Shown here: positions 13,321 to 25,300 of the stretch, piece after piece
How positions within the stretch are numbered: position 1 is the stretch's first letter
How the letters are laid out: every line of letters starts with the position of its first letter
Source of the DNA: Fonticula alba ATCC 38817
Lineage: Eukaryota; Protista; Nucleariida
Strand: one strand, 5' to 3'
DNA: 63,503 nucleotides
Assembly (NCBI GenBank): GCA_000388065.2
Contig: KB932204.1
The notes under the pieces: generated by a model
Database searches by the model: none
Told to the model about the DNA's origin: nothing
Seen by the model: the letters and a program-made list of their open reading frames with translations, nothing else
Program-made: the position numbers and the translations under genes

Positions 13321-16007
13321 TTAGAGCTTCTCGTTGTAGTCGTCGAGCTGGGGGATCTCCTGCTTCATGCCCTTGCGGACACGGATCTTGGTGACGGTCT
13401 CACGGAGGCGACCCTCGGAGAAGACATCACCGCTCATGAGAGCCCAGTGGTCGAAGATCATCTGGGGGAAGGCCTGGCCACCGGTGTTGGCGCGCAGATC
13501 CTCGTTGAAGCCGAAGGACTCCATGACAGGCAGGTGAGCCTTGATGGTGTACAGGGGAGTACCCAGGCGCTGCTCCTCGGAGAAGACGGTACCACGACGG
13601 CGGTTCAGCACGGAGTAGACACCACCCATGGAGGTCTCCGGGCACTGGATCTCAACCAGGAAGACGGGCTCCTGGAGAGCGGGCTTGGAGGCCAGCTGGG
13701 CAGCGTGGACAACACGGCGAGTGGTCGGGATGATCTGGCCACCACCACGGTGAATGGCATCAGCGTGCAGGGTGACATCCATGATGTCGAAGCGGCAGCC
13801 ACGGAGGTTCTCCTCGCACAGGACACCCTCGAGGGTGGCCAGCTGGAAGGCGGTCATGCACGAGTCCTTGATCTCGTTCATGAACTGGGCAGCGGTGGTG
13901 GAGTCGTACAGGAAGTTGGCACCAGTGTTCTCCGGACCGAAGCCCCACAGGCGGCGGGCATCGAGGTTGGAGATCTCGAACTTCTCCTCGAGGTTCTTGA
14001 TCAGGGTGCGGGAATCGTCACGGATGGAGATCTCACCGGACTCGATGGCATCAGCCAGACCCTCGGGGAAGGGAGAGGCATCCATGTGGATACGGTTGTG
14101 CTTGTTCGGGGACTTGGACAGACAAGTGACCGAAGACTTGGCGGTGATGGTCTCACGGAAGGCCACAACCGGCTCGGAGATCTTCAGGGGGATGGCCGCA
14201 TGGACCTCCTCCAGATCCTTGAGGCAGACACCGAGATGCAGCTCACCGCAACCGGCGACAATGTGCTCACCGGACTCCGACTGGTAGGTCAGGCACAGGG
14301 GGTCGGACTTGGACAGGCGCTTGAGACCGTCAACGAGCTTGGGCAGATCGTTGGGGTTCTTGACCTCGACGGCGACCTGGACGACCGGGGAGACGGAGAA
14401 CTTCATGACACGCATGTTGTGGGCAGTCTCGCTGGTGGTGATGGTACCGGTCTTGACGAGGAACTGGTCAACACCGACCAGACCGACAATGTTACCGGCC
14501 GGGCAGTCCTCGATGGCCTCGACGTAGCGACCCATCATCAGGACAGTGCGCTGGATGGAGCGGACGAACAGGTCCTCCTTGGAGCCCGGGGTGTAGTTGG
14601 GGCCCTGGATGCGGACCTTCTGGCCGGTCTGGACGGTACCGGAGAAGACACGACCGAAGGCGTAGAAGCGGCCCTTGTCCGAGGTGGGGACCATCTTGGA
14701 GACGTAGAGCATGAGCGGGCCCTTGGGGTCGCAGTTCTTGATGCCGTTGAAGCACTCGTCGTCGTTCGGGCCCTCGTACAGGGTCTCCGCGCGGTAGGAC
14801 TGGGCCAGAACCGGGGACGGCAGGTGGATGACAAGCATCTCCAGAATGGCGTCGGCGGCGGGCAGGAACTTGCGCATGACGCAACGGAGCAGGTGGCGCT
14901 CGGTCAGGTCGCGCTCCTCACCACGCAGGGTGATGCCGAGCTTCTCGATCATGGCGAAGATCTTCTCCTTGTCGGCCTTGGGGTTCATGATGTTGGTGAA
15001 CAGCTGGTAGATCGGCTCGAGGACGAACATGTTGAAGGCACGCTCCAGGGGCTTGCCCGACTCGTCGGTCTCGTTCTTGGTCCACTTGCGGGTGGCCGGG
15101 TTGAAGAAGTTGTCACCCCACAGGCGCTCCATCATGCGGTCCATGGCAACACCGAAGCGCTGGGAGTAGCGCTTGGCGAACTGGCGAATGGTGAAGGCCC
15201 AGCCGTGCAGACCGGAACCGAAGGCCAGGGTACCCTTGTTGGGGTAGACCTGGACATCACCGAGGGACTCGTCGAAGTAGGTGGCGATGATGACGTTGAC
15301 GTTCTCAAGCACACGCTGGAAGTTCTGGTACAGAGACTCCTTGTCGAGCTGCAGCTCGAGCAGGGCGCGATCGACCTTGTTGATGATGACAACGGGCTTG
15401 ATGCGCTCGGCGAGGGCCTGGCGAAGCACGGTCTCGGTCTGGACGCAGACACCCTCGACGCAATCGACGACGACCAGGGCACCATCAGTGACACGCAGGG
15501 CGGCGGTGACCTCGGACGAGAAGTCAACGTGACCCGGCGAATCAATCAGGTTGATGAGGAAACCGTTGCCCTCGGTCTTCTGGTGGCGGGCAACCTCCTT
15601 GACGTCCTCCTCGTCGTCGAGCTCAAAGAACATCGAGATAGCGGAGGCCTTGATGGTGATACCACGGTCCTGCTCATCCTGGCGGGAATCGGTGTAGCGC
15701 ATCTCACCGGCCTTGGAGGAGGCGATAATACCGGCCTTGTGGACCAGGGAATCGGTGAGGGTGGACTTGCCGTGATCGACGTGAGCAATAACACACATGT
15801 TACGAATGTTGCTGCTCTTGTCCATGAGAGCACGGATCTGGTCGACGGAGAAGTTGACCTGTGCCGGGGAGGGGGAGGCGCGCGGAGGAGAGGACGGGGC
15901 CGAAGAGCCGGGACGATGTGGTTAGAATCCATTGGCCGGGCCCCGGGCGCGTGCGCGGAGTGCGGAGGAGGGGGCGCGCCACCGAGCGCGGCGAGAGGAC
16001 GCACCAT
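13321..16007 (-). CDS. EEF2: Eukaryotic translation elongation factor 2, about 846 aa (exon 1 = ATG only, 16007-16005; exon 2 = 15858-13321)
   Basis: Spliced N-terminus [13 protein letters not shown]. Motifs [32 protein letters not shown] and the diphthamide loop [11 protein letters not shown]. Codon usage strongly biased to C/G endings. Confidence 0.97.
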
Positions 16008-16515
16008 CTTTGCTGTTAAAGGGTTTTGACTCGACTTCGAGTTATGGATACAACCAAAAACAGAAGCTGCCGCGCGGCACACACGAAGGGGGGAGGAGGA
16101 GGCGAGGAGACAGGCGGTGAAGGGGGGAGGGAGAAAGGGGGGGGGACGAGAGGGGCTGGGGCGTTAGGACCGGCGCGCGGGCACACTTTCAAGGGGAGGC
16201 AGGCGGTGCTGGGAGGGGGGGCGCGGCAGGCACAACTGCGCGACGCCACGGGGGCGGGCGGACACACGGAGTCGCAGGAGGGGGGGGGGGGGCGCGCGAG
16301 AAGGCGAGTCGCAGGCGTGCGTGCAAGAGGGGGGTGGGGAGAAGCGAAAGGAGCAAAGGGGGAGAGAGAGGGGGGGAGGAGGGAGCGAGGGCGGCAGCGG
16401 TGACACTGAGGGAGTTCGTACAAGAAGCTCAGGTACCGAAACACTCGTTGGGTTGACGAATGTAATGAACGGTTGAGAGGTCTTAAGCTCGTGCGTGTGG
16501 GGGGCCCTCCGGGGC

Positions 16516-16524
16516 CTTATAAAC
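16516..16524. promoter_or_regulatory. Candidate TATA element upstream of eEF2 (TATAAA on +, TTTATAAG on -)
   Basis: Isolated AT-rich motif in very GC-rich DNA, about 30 nt upstream (minus strand) of an AT-richer block at about 16435-16490 that could be a 5' UTR exon. Inference only. Confidence 0.3.
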
Positions 16525-17298
16525 CCAGCAGTGAATGACTCTTGTCCCTCCCTCCCCCCTCCCGGCGCCCGCCCCCGGCCGCGGCATGGGGAACGACGCA
16601 CGCCTGCACCGAGAACGCGCGGTGCCCCCCTGCCCCGGTCGTGGTCGGGAGGCGGGCGGGCGGGCTTCGCAGCGCGTCCCTGGGGCGCCCGCGCGCACGG
16701 CCGTCGTCCCGGGCCAGACGCACCGCGCCAACCCCCCCCCCCCCCTCCCTCTGCTCACACGCACACACACGCACGTACCCGGCCCCCGGGCGGTGGCTTG
16801 CCGGGCGGCGGGAGGCGCGCGCGTGGCCCTCCCCCCCCTCCCACCCTGGAAACCCCAGGCACAACGCGCGTGCGAGAATGCGCCGCACACACACACACAC
16901 ACACGGCCGCCGCCCGCGTGTACGACAGGCCGCCCTCCGCCACGCCGCGCCCCCGGGGTTCGAGCCAGCCCTGGAAGAGCCGCCCGCGGCCCGCGTCCCC
17001 ATCCCGCTCAAGCTGGGGCCCCCCTCCTGCCGGACCACGCCGCGACGGCGCCGCAAGCCGCGACGGCGCCGCAAGCCACCCCCCACCCCCCCACTCGCCC
17101 GCACCCCCGGGCCCGACACCCCCGCACCCGCGCACCGCCGGAGACATGACGGGGCACCGGCCCGGCGGGCGACGCCAGCCCACCATCGGCCTCGTCCACA
17201 CACACACACACACACACACGCCTCCCCGGAGCGACAGAGAGACCCGCCTGTCGAAAGACCCCCCGCCCCCGGGTGTTCTTCGCAAACGGCCCGCGCGC

Positions 17299-17329
<31 letters not shown>

Positions 17330-19321
17330 ACGCAACGCGCCCGGGCAAGCCCGCCGCCCGTTCCCGGACCCGCACACGGCCCCGCGGCCTTCCCGACGCC
17401 ACAGCTCACGGCTAACCCGGGCAGCTGCCGCCTCGACGCCGGGAGCCGGCGCGCCCACTTGGCCCGACCTCGTGGGGGCGCGCTCCAGGTTCTGACCTTC
17501 CCCCTCCAGGGGGGGGGGGACGCGGAGGGGAACCGGACACCGCGCCCGAACAGCGACAGGGGCAAAAACGAAAATACCGGCCGGGGCCCCCCCCCCCCGG
17601 CGCTCGCCCGCGGCCAGGCCGCAGATGCGGTCGCCCCGGCGACCCTCCTGTCCAGAGGCAAGCGGTCCGCCGGGGATGCCGGGAACGCCGGGAACGCCAG
17701 GAGCACCGACGGCCGCCCTCCCCCCCCCCCCCCCCTACCACAACATGCATACGCACGCCCGCGCGCCCATTACACGACCCCGGCATCCCCGCCCGCGCAA
17801 GTCACCGCGCCCGCCGCGTTCCTCCCCGGGCGAAGACCGCCCCCCCCCCCTGCCCGCGTCTCTCGGCCCGGGCCCGCTGCCCGGGGTGCGCATTGTCCGC
17901 CTCGGCCCGCCGGTGCCCCGGAGCCCCGCCCCGGTCTCGCGCCCGCCGCAGACGCTGCCGGGCCCGGCGCCCGCCCGGCACATGGCGCAAGCAATTTAGG
18001 AAACTCCCGCCCCGGACCGATCCATGTGTGCCGCCACAGGAGGGGAGAAACCCTGGCCCCCCCGCCCCGCCCCCCAGAAGCACACGAGGTCCCTGCCAGC
18101 GCTGGGCATGACGCTCGCGCGAGCCCGCCAGCCGCGGTCTCGCCCGCGCCGGAAACCGGGCAAATGACCCACCAATGGCCCGGCCTCGGGGGCGGCCGGG
18201 GAAAGGAGGCGGCGCACACTTCCCCCCCCCCCCCGGAGGCGGCCCTCAGCTTCTCCACATGTCCTCATGCCGGGCACAAAGGGGCCCCCTTCGGGGGAGA
18301 TATACCTGTCGCATTAAAAATGCAGCCCATTTTCCCCCCCCACAGCTGTACACGAACACCCATGGGCCTGGTGAGAGGCCCCCCCCCCCGCCCGGGTCTT
18401 CGGCCTTCGCCCCGGCGTTACCACCGCGGCATAGGGCGGGCCTCCCCCACGCCTGGACCCGGACTCCCGGCCGGTCCAGCCCCAAGAGGGGCGGCCGCCG
18501 GTTCGTGCCCCCCCCCCCCCCCCCNNNNNNNNNNNNNNNNNNNNNNNNNNNNNNNNNNNNNNNNNNNNNNNNNNNNNNNNNNNNNNNNNNNNNNNNNNNN
18601 NNNNNNNNNNNNNNNNGGCCGGCGCCGGCCGCCCGCGGCCCGCCGTTGCATCACTCTGCCCGCCGGCGGCCCATGGTGGCCCCCGTCCCTCCGGCGGCCC
18701 GTGAACGCGCGCAAGCATCCCCTCCCAGGGCCCGGGCCTTGGGCGGGGAGCGACCCTCCCGGTGGTGTGTGGCCGCCAACGCCCAAGCTACGAGCGCGGT
18801 CAACCGCGTCCACGGGAGCGCATCCCCCGTTGCCACGTAGGAGGGGCCCGCAGCACGCGGCCAACGCCATCTGACGCGCCCGTCCCTGGGCCGCCACCCC
18901 CGCCCCCCCCCCCCGGGCTCCCGTTAAGTAAGAAACCATGCGCCTGCCCCGCAGGGCTGCGGGCGAGCGACCCATACGCGGGGGCCCTCTAGGGGAAGTG
19001 GCCACCTGGCTGCCCGCCCCCCCTTCTGGAGAGGGCGCGCTCCTTCCCCCCCCCCCCCCTCCGCGCACATTGAGAGGTGTCCTTCCTCCGTCCGCCCCAT
19101 CACGCTCTAACCCGCCCAAGGGCCCTAAACCCACCAGGGAAAAGTGGCACGCGAATACCGCCGCAGCCCAATCATCCGCCCTTCGGAGCACGTGCGCGGG
19201 GCACGCGATATGCCCGCGCCCGGTCCCCTCCCCGCGCCCCAACGGCGAGCTGGTCCCGGGGGCGACTCTCGGTCTCTTTCTCTATGCGCGCGTGTATTAT
19301 ACACACCATGGCCGACGGGCA

Positions 19322-22300
19322 TTAACTGAGCTCCAGCAGCTTGGCGATGTGCGGCCAGTTCTCAATCATGATCACGAATGCCTGCGTCCGGTTCTGGACA
19401 TTCCGCTGCGAGGGGCCCGGCCCGGTGGCGACGTCCAGCGCGGCCACCTGAGCCATGAGCGATGCCGCATCCGCCGGGGTCGTCGGCAGCCCGGCCGCCG
19501 GGGGCAGGAGAGCCCCCCCGCCGCGGCCCGGCGCCAGTGACCCGCCAAAGAGGTTCGGCGCGAAGCAGGTGCAGATGTTGCTGCTCGTCATGAGGTTGGT
19601 CTTGCTGTTGGAGATGACGCTGTGTGTGTGTGTGTGTGTGTGCGTACGCGTACACCCATCAGCGGATCGAGACCATGTGTCAGAGAGTGGGGAAGGGATG
19701 TGGCAGGCAAAAATAGACGGAGTGGGACATATGTAGAGTGGGGCAGCGCGCGCGCCAGCTCTTCTCCCAGGGCAGGATCACGCACCGGTGCAGGTGGCCC
19801 ATCAGCGAGCACACCGCGTCGAAGTGGTCCGGAGGCAGGAGGGCCACCGCCTCAGACACGAGCTTCACAACCACCGTATGGGGCTGGTCAGACTCTGTGT
19901 GCGTGTGTGCAGGTGCGGCCCAGCGCCCCGAAGGCGGCCCCGGAGGAGGGGTGGGTGTTTTTTTTTTGGCCCAAGGTCAGACACGCAGGCACACACATGC
20001 GCACGCATGGGGGGAGACACGCAGGGACAGGCAGGCGTGGACCAGGCATGTCACGTACCGACAGCCGCCTCAAAGGGGGCCGCATGTGTCGCATCCGCCA
20101 GCAGGGGAACCGGCAGCTCGCGCAGCAGAAGCTTCAGGGTGGCCGCCACCACGTGCACATCCCCAGGCAGAGAAATGCCACTGGAATCGGCTGTACATGG
20201 CAAAAAGTGAGCGAGGCAAGGGGGATGCCAGGGGCGAGTTAGACGCAGCGCATTCACAGCAGGCAAGTCGTCTGCCCTTGGTGATAGAGGAGCAGGGAGG
20301 GGAGAGGGGGAGGCGTTGCTCCGACAGCGCAGGAGCATACATCCACCATCTTACTCAGGCACGCAAGGACACAGGGACTTAAGCGCACATGCCTACAAGG
20401 TCACAAGGAAACAGGCCTACAAGGACACAAGCGCACAAGCACACAAGCATAGAAACACACAAACACANNNNNNNNNNNNNNNNNNNNNNNNNNNNNNNNN
20501 NNNNNNNNNNNNNNNNNNNNNNNNNNNNNNNNNNNNNNNNNNNNNNNNNNNNNNNNNNNNNNNNNNNNNNNNNNNNNNNNNNNNNNNNNNNNNNNNNNNN
20601 NNNNNNNNNNNNNNNNNNNNNNNNNNNNNNNNNNNNNNNNNNNNNNNNNNNNNNNNNNNNNNNNNNNNNNNNNNNNNNNNNNNNNNNNNNNNNNNNNNNN
20701 NNNNNNNNNNNNNNNNNNNNNNNNNNNNNNNNNNNNNNNNNNNNNNNNNNNNNNNNNNNNNNNNNNNNNNNNNNNNNNNNNNNNNNNNNNNNNNNNNNNN
20801 NNNNNNNNNNNNNNNNNNNNNNNNNNNNNNNNNNNNNNNNNNNNNNNNNNNNNNNNNNNNNNNNNNNNNNNNNNNNNNNNNNNNNNNNNNNNNNNNNNNN
20901 NNNNNNNNNNNNNNNNNNNNNNNNNNNNNNNNNNNNNNNNNNNNNNNNNNNNNNNNNNNNNNNNNNNNNNNNNNNNNNNNNNNNNNNNNNNNNNNNNNNN
21001 NNNNNNNNNNNNNNNNNNNNNNNNNNNNNNNNNNNNNNNNNNNNNNNNNNNNNNNNNNNNNNNNNNNNNNNNNNNNNNNNNNNNNNNNNNNNNNNNNNNN
21101 NNNNNNNNNNNNNNNNNNNNNNNNNNNNNNNNNNNNNNNNNNNNNNNNNNNNNNNNNNNNNNNNNNNNNNNNNNNNNNNNNNNNNNNNNNNNNNNNNNNN
21201 NNNNNNNNNNNNNNNNNAAGCATAGAAACACACAAACACAGAAGCATAGAAACACACAAACACACAAGCATAGAAACACACGTACAAGAGTGCGCGATCA
21301 TGTCGCGGAAGGCCTGGACCTGAGTCAGGGACCCGGACAGACGGTAGATGCCCTCCTCGGTCAGGCCGGCGCTCTTCTCCACGGCGGCAATCAGCCACCG
21401 CATGACGGCCGTGGTCCGGGCGTCCAGCGGGTGGCCAAACACCGACTCCGTCAGCGGCGAGGGCGGCGGCGCCAGGGCCGACGCGAAGGGGCTCGGCGCC
21501 GGGCGGAAGGAGAACCCGGGCAGCGTGTCGCCGACGAGCTGCACCCCGCGACCGGGGACATGGTGCTCGGCCGGCGTGACCGTCACCCCGATGTCCAGAC
21601 ACAGGACCCCGCCCCCGAGGAGAGCCAGCACCACCGGGTGCTCGACCGGCCCGCCGAAGGACGACTGCCCCGGGTCCGGGAGACACCCCACCAGCAGCAG
21701 CCCCATGCCCCGGTGGTCGCCGCCGCCCAGCAGCACCGATGACGAAGCCAGCTGCAGGTCAGTGCTCGGGTTGATGGCGGCATCCACCTGCGGGATGGAA
21801 TGGGCCGCCGGGGCCGGGGCATAGTACACCGATGTCGGCCGACTGGCCGGGCCGCCGCCAACCAGGGACATGGCCGTGGTCGAGGGCGACAGCGATGCCA
21901 AATCCACCATGGAGGCCGCGGGCCCGGTGGCGGCGGCGGCGGCGGCGGCGGCGGTGGTGCCGGGGGTGACCAGTGTCCCGGCCGCCGGCTGCTGCTCGCG
22001 CAGGACAAATACCAGCTGCCGAGCCGCATGCAGCGAAACATCCAGCACCGCGTCCGGCCAAGTGACCCCGGTGTGGTCGGAGTGCGGGTCGACCGGGGCC
22101 GGCCGCGACCGGGCCGCCAGCACCCCATCCACAAAGAGGTCCACCGAGAAATGGGCCCCAGTGGCGGGGACCTGCTGCACCGGGGACTGGTGCATGGCCG
22201 GGCCCGGTGCCCCGGGGGAGCCGCCGAGATCCGCCAGCCCGGGCGAAGCCCCACCGCCAGCCCGCCGGGCCAGCCCCTCGGCCGAGCGCAATCGCACGCG

Positions 22301-25300
22301 CAGACCGCCGGTCACCGTGAGCCCGGGCTCCGGCGGGGTGGCCATCCGCCGAACCATGCAGGCGATGGCCACCCCGAGCCGGGCAAAGCTCAGCGACAAT
22401 AGCCGATTGTACTCCACCTGCCGGGTGTGCATGTGGCCCAGGTGGTCTGCCCCGCGGGAGGCCTCCTGCCCGGCGCGGATGATTCGGTCCAGCGATCGGA
22501 TCCACAGATCCCGCTGCTCGCGGTTCTTGCACGCGAAGACATACGTCCGCTCGGATGACTCCCCGGTGGCGGAGCTGCCGGCGCCGGCATCGGCGCCGCC
22601 GCCGCCGCCGCCGCCGCCAGTGCCGGCGCCCGACCGGATCGACACTTGGAAGGCATTGTCTCGCCGGTAGGCATCGGTGGCCGTGACCCCGGTTGCGTGG
22701 TCCAGCAGGAGGACCCCGCGCGGGGCATCGCCCCCGGTGTCGGCGCCCCCGGCAGCCATGGCGGCAGCCTTCCGCGCCAGCGGCGACTCGGCCATCGGCG
22801 AATGGCAGGCGCCGGCCTCGCGGGCATCCTGCATGTCGCTGTAGTACCGGAGCTCGCGACTGCGCCGGTCGAGTGTGCAGAACCGTGTCTACGGGATGTA
22901 CGGGATGTACGTGTGCATGTGAGGGGGAGGGAGGGAGAATGGGAGAGGAAGGAGAGGAGAGGGAGGAAGGGGATGAAAGAGTAGCGAGATGGAAGAATGA
23001 CGAGAGGAAGGAATAAAAAGATAGAAGAATAACGAGAGGAAAGAATAAAAAGATGGAAGAACAACGAGAGGAAAGAATAAAAAGATGGAAGAATAACGAG
23101 ANNNNNNNNNNNNNNNNNNNNNNNNNNNNNNNNNNNNNNNNNNNNNNNNNNNNNNNNNNNNNNNNNNNNNNNNNNNNNNNNNNNNNNNNNNNNNNNNNNN
23201 NNNNNNNNNNNNNNNNNNNNNNNNNNNNNNNNNNNNNNNNNNNNNNNNNNNNNNNNNNNNNNNNNNNNNNNNNNNNNNNNNNNNNNNNNNNNNNNNNNNN
23301 NNNNNNNNNNNNNNNNNNNNNNNNNNNNNNNNNNNNNNNNNNNNNNNNNNNNNNNNNNNNNNNNNNNNNNNNNNNNNNNNNNNNNNNNNNNNNNNNNNNN
23401 NNNNNNNNNNNNNNNNNNNNNNNNNNNNNNNNNNNNNNNNNNNNNNNNNNNNNNNNNNNNNNNNNNNNNNNNNNNNNNNNNNNNNNNNNNNNNNNNNNNN
23501 NNNNNNNNNNNNNNNNNNNNNNNNNNNNNNNNNNNNAACGAGAGGAAAGAATAAAAAGATGGAAGAATAACGAGATGGAAGAGAGAATGCATGGGCGTTT
23601 GCGTTCACAAAGGCAGGTCAGCGTGAGCATGGTCATGCGGTGCCCAGGGCGGCACGAGGGACTGGCGAAAGGGGAAAAGGAGGCCGGGCTGCCACCCGGC
23701 CGGGTGCCGGCACAGGCTCGCCTCCCATGCGCTCCTCCGCCGCTCGACACGCACCTGCCAGTGCAAGCGCAGGCGATTGCGCCAGCTCTTCAGATCCCCC
23801 CCGACCTTGGCCAGGTTCCCCTCGAGCGGGAGCTTGGCCAGGCGCTCCAGACATTGTGATGACCGGATGTACACCACCAGGCTGTCCTGCGCCGAGAGCT
23901 CGTCATCCGAGCCGAAGGGCGTATTCACGTCGTCCTCGTCCAGCGGGGTGGTCGAGCCATCGCGCAGCGGCGAGCCCGCCAGGAGGGACACCGGTCGGCT
24001 GGCGCGCCCGGAGGACGCCGCCGACGGCGCCGGCGGGGCACAGAAGAACGCCCGGAAATCCGAGTAGTCGATGCGCCCGCGCTGGTCCCGATCCGCCTGG
24101 GCGAAGAGCGACTGCACCAGCATGTCCCAGTCGCCGGCCATGCCGAGGCGCTGCTCCAGGCCCAGCTGCTCCAGGCTGGCTCGGAAGCCGCGGTGGCTGA
24201 TGAAGAGATCGGACAGGGCATCGGCCGCGGCCCCGGTCCCGGCCGCACCGCCGCCCCCCGACCCATCGGTGATCGGCGAGCTGATGACACTGGCAAAGGC
24301 ATCCCCGGCGCAGTCACGCATCAGGTCACTCACGCCGAGCATCGCATCGAAGGCCTCCCGGATGAGGGCCTCCTGATCCGGCGAGGCGGAGGGGAGCTGT
24401 CGCGAGAGCGACGCATACCGGCCGACACAGCTCGTGTCGAAGTTGGCCACCAGCGGCTGCAGGCGTGTATGGGTAAGGCTGATGGCGTGGTGTGTGTGTG
24501 TATCGATGCGGAGTCGAGCAAAGGCAAAGGAGCGNNNNNNNNNNNNNNNNNNNNNNNNNNNNNNNNNNNNNNNNNNNNNNNNNNCCCCCCCCCTCCCATC
24601 CCTGAAAGGCGCTGGTTAAATTGCCCCAAAGACCAAGCACGTACTTGGTGCTGTAGTGCGCGTCCGACCAGTCCAGCCAGTAGCGTGTCGCATGGAAGGA
24701 CACAAAGAACATGGGCGGGCTGCCAGACAGGGTCATCTTCGAGTCGCTGGGCCCGGCCCCCGGCCGAAGGCGGACATGCTGCGTGAACTCGGCCTTGACC
24801 GTGTCACGGACCTCCACCGCCAGCGGCAGGAGGGTATTCTCCTCCAGATAGCCCTCGGTCACCTGGGACCAGCTGGAGCTGGTGACATTGATGGTGGCCG
24901 TCAGCGGGGTGGCCGGGCTGCTGGGGGGCGTGTCGGACCCGGTGGAGGCCCCGGCGCCAGCCAGCTTGCCACTCTCGATGCGCGACAGCTCGTGCGCAAT
25001 CCGGTGCGAGCAAACTGCCTTGTCGGAGTTGAGGGCCAAGCGCGCGTAGAGGGACTTCCGCCCGTCGGGCGGCATGTACCCGACATTGGCATCGTGCTTG
25101 GGGGTCAGCGTGTCCGGGCTGAGCCACGTCGCGCAGAGGTAGTTCCAGAGCGCGCGCGCGTCGCGTTCAACTTCGACGCCGGCCCCACGAGCACGAGCGA
25201 GGCGTCGGCAGGGAGGCAATCGGGATGTGTCAGTGCCGGGGCATTTGGGCCGGGCGAGAGTCACGGTCGGCCGGCTGGCACGTACTCTCCTCGAGGATGT

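Noticed and set aside
12763-16029. 1088-aa plus-strand ORF, and similar long ORFs such as 43351-45954, 9635-11044 and 33099-34844
   Set aside because: These are antisense shadows of eEF2, RME-8, TRAP1 and the SNARE gene, expected from very high GC3 codon usage. They have no motifs of their own.
16950-16970. GGTTCGAGCC B-box/T-loop-like motif suggesting a tRNA or SINE
   Set aside because: No A-box, cloverleaf arms or poly-T terminator could be built around it.
20445-23582. 24- and 32-bp repeats as a CRISPR-like array
   Set aside because: The units are directly tandem with no unique spacers, there are no cas genes, and the context is eukaryotic and intronic.
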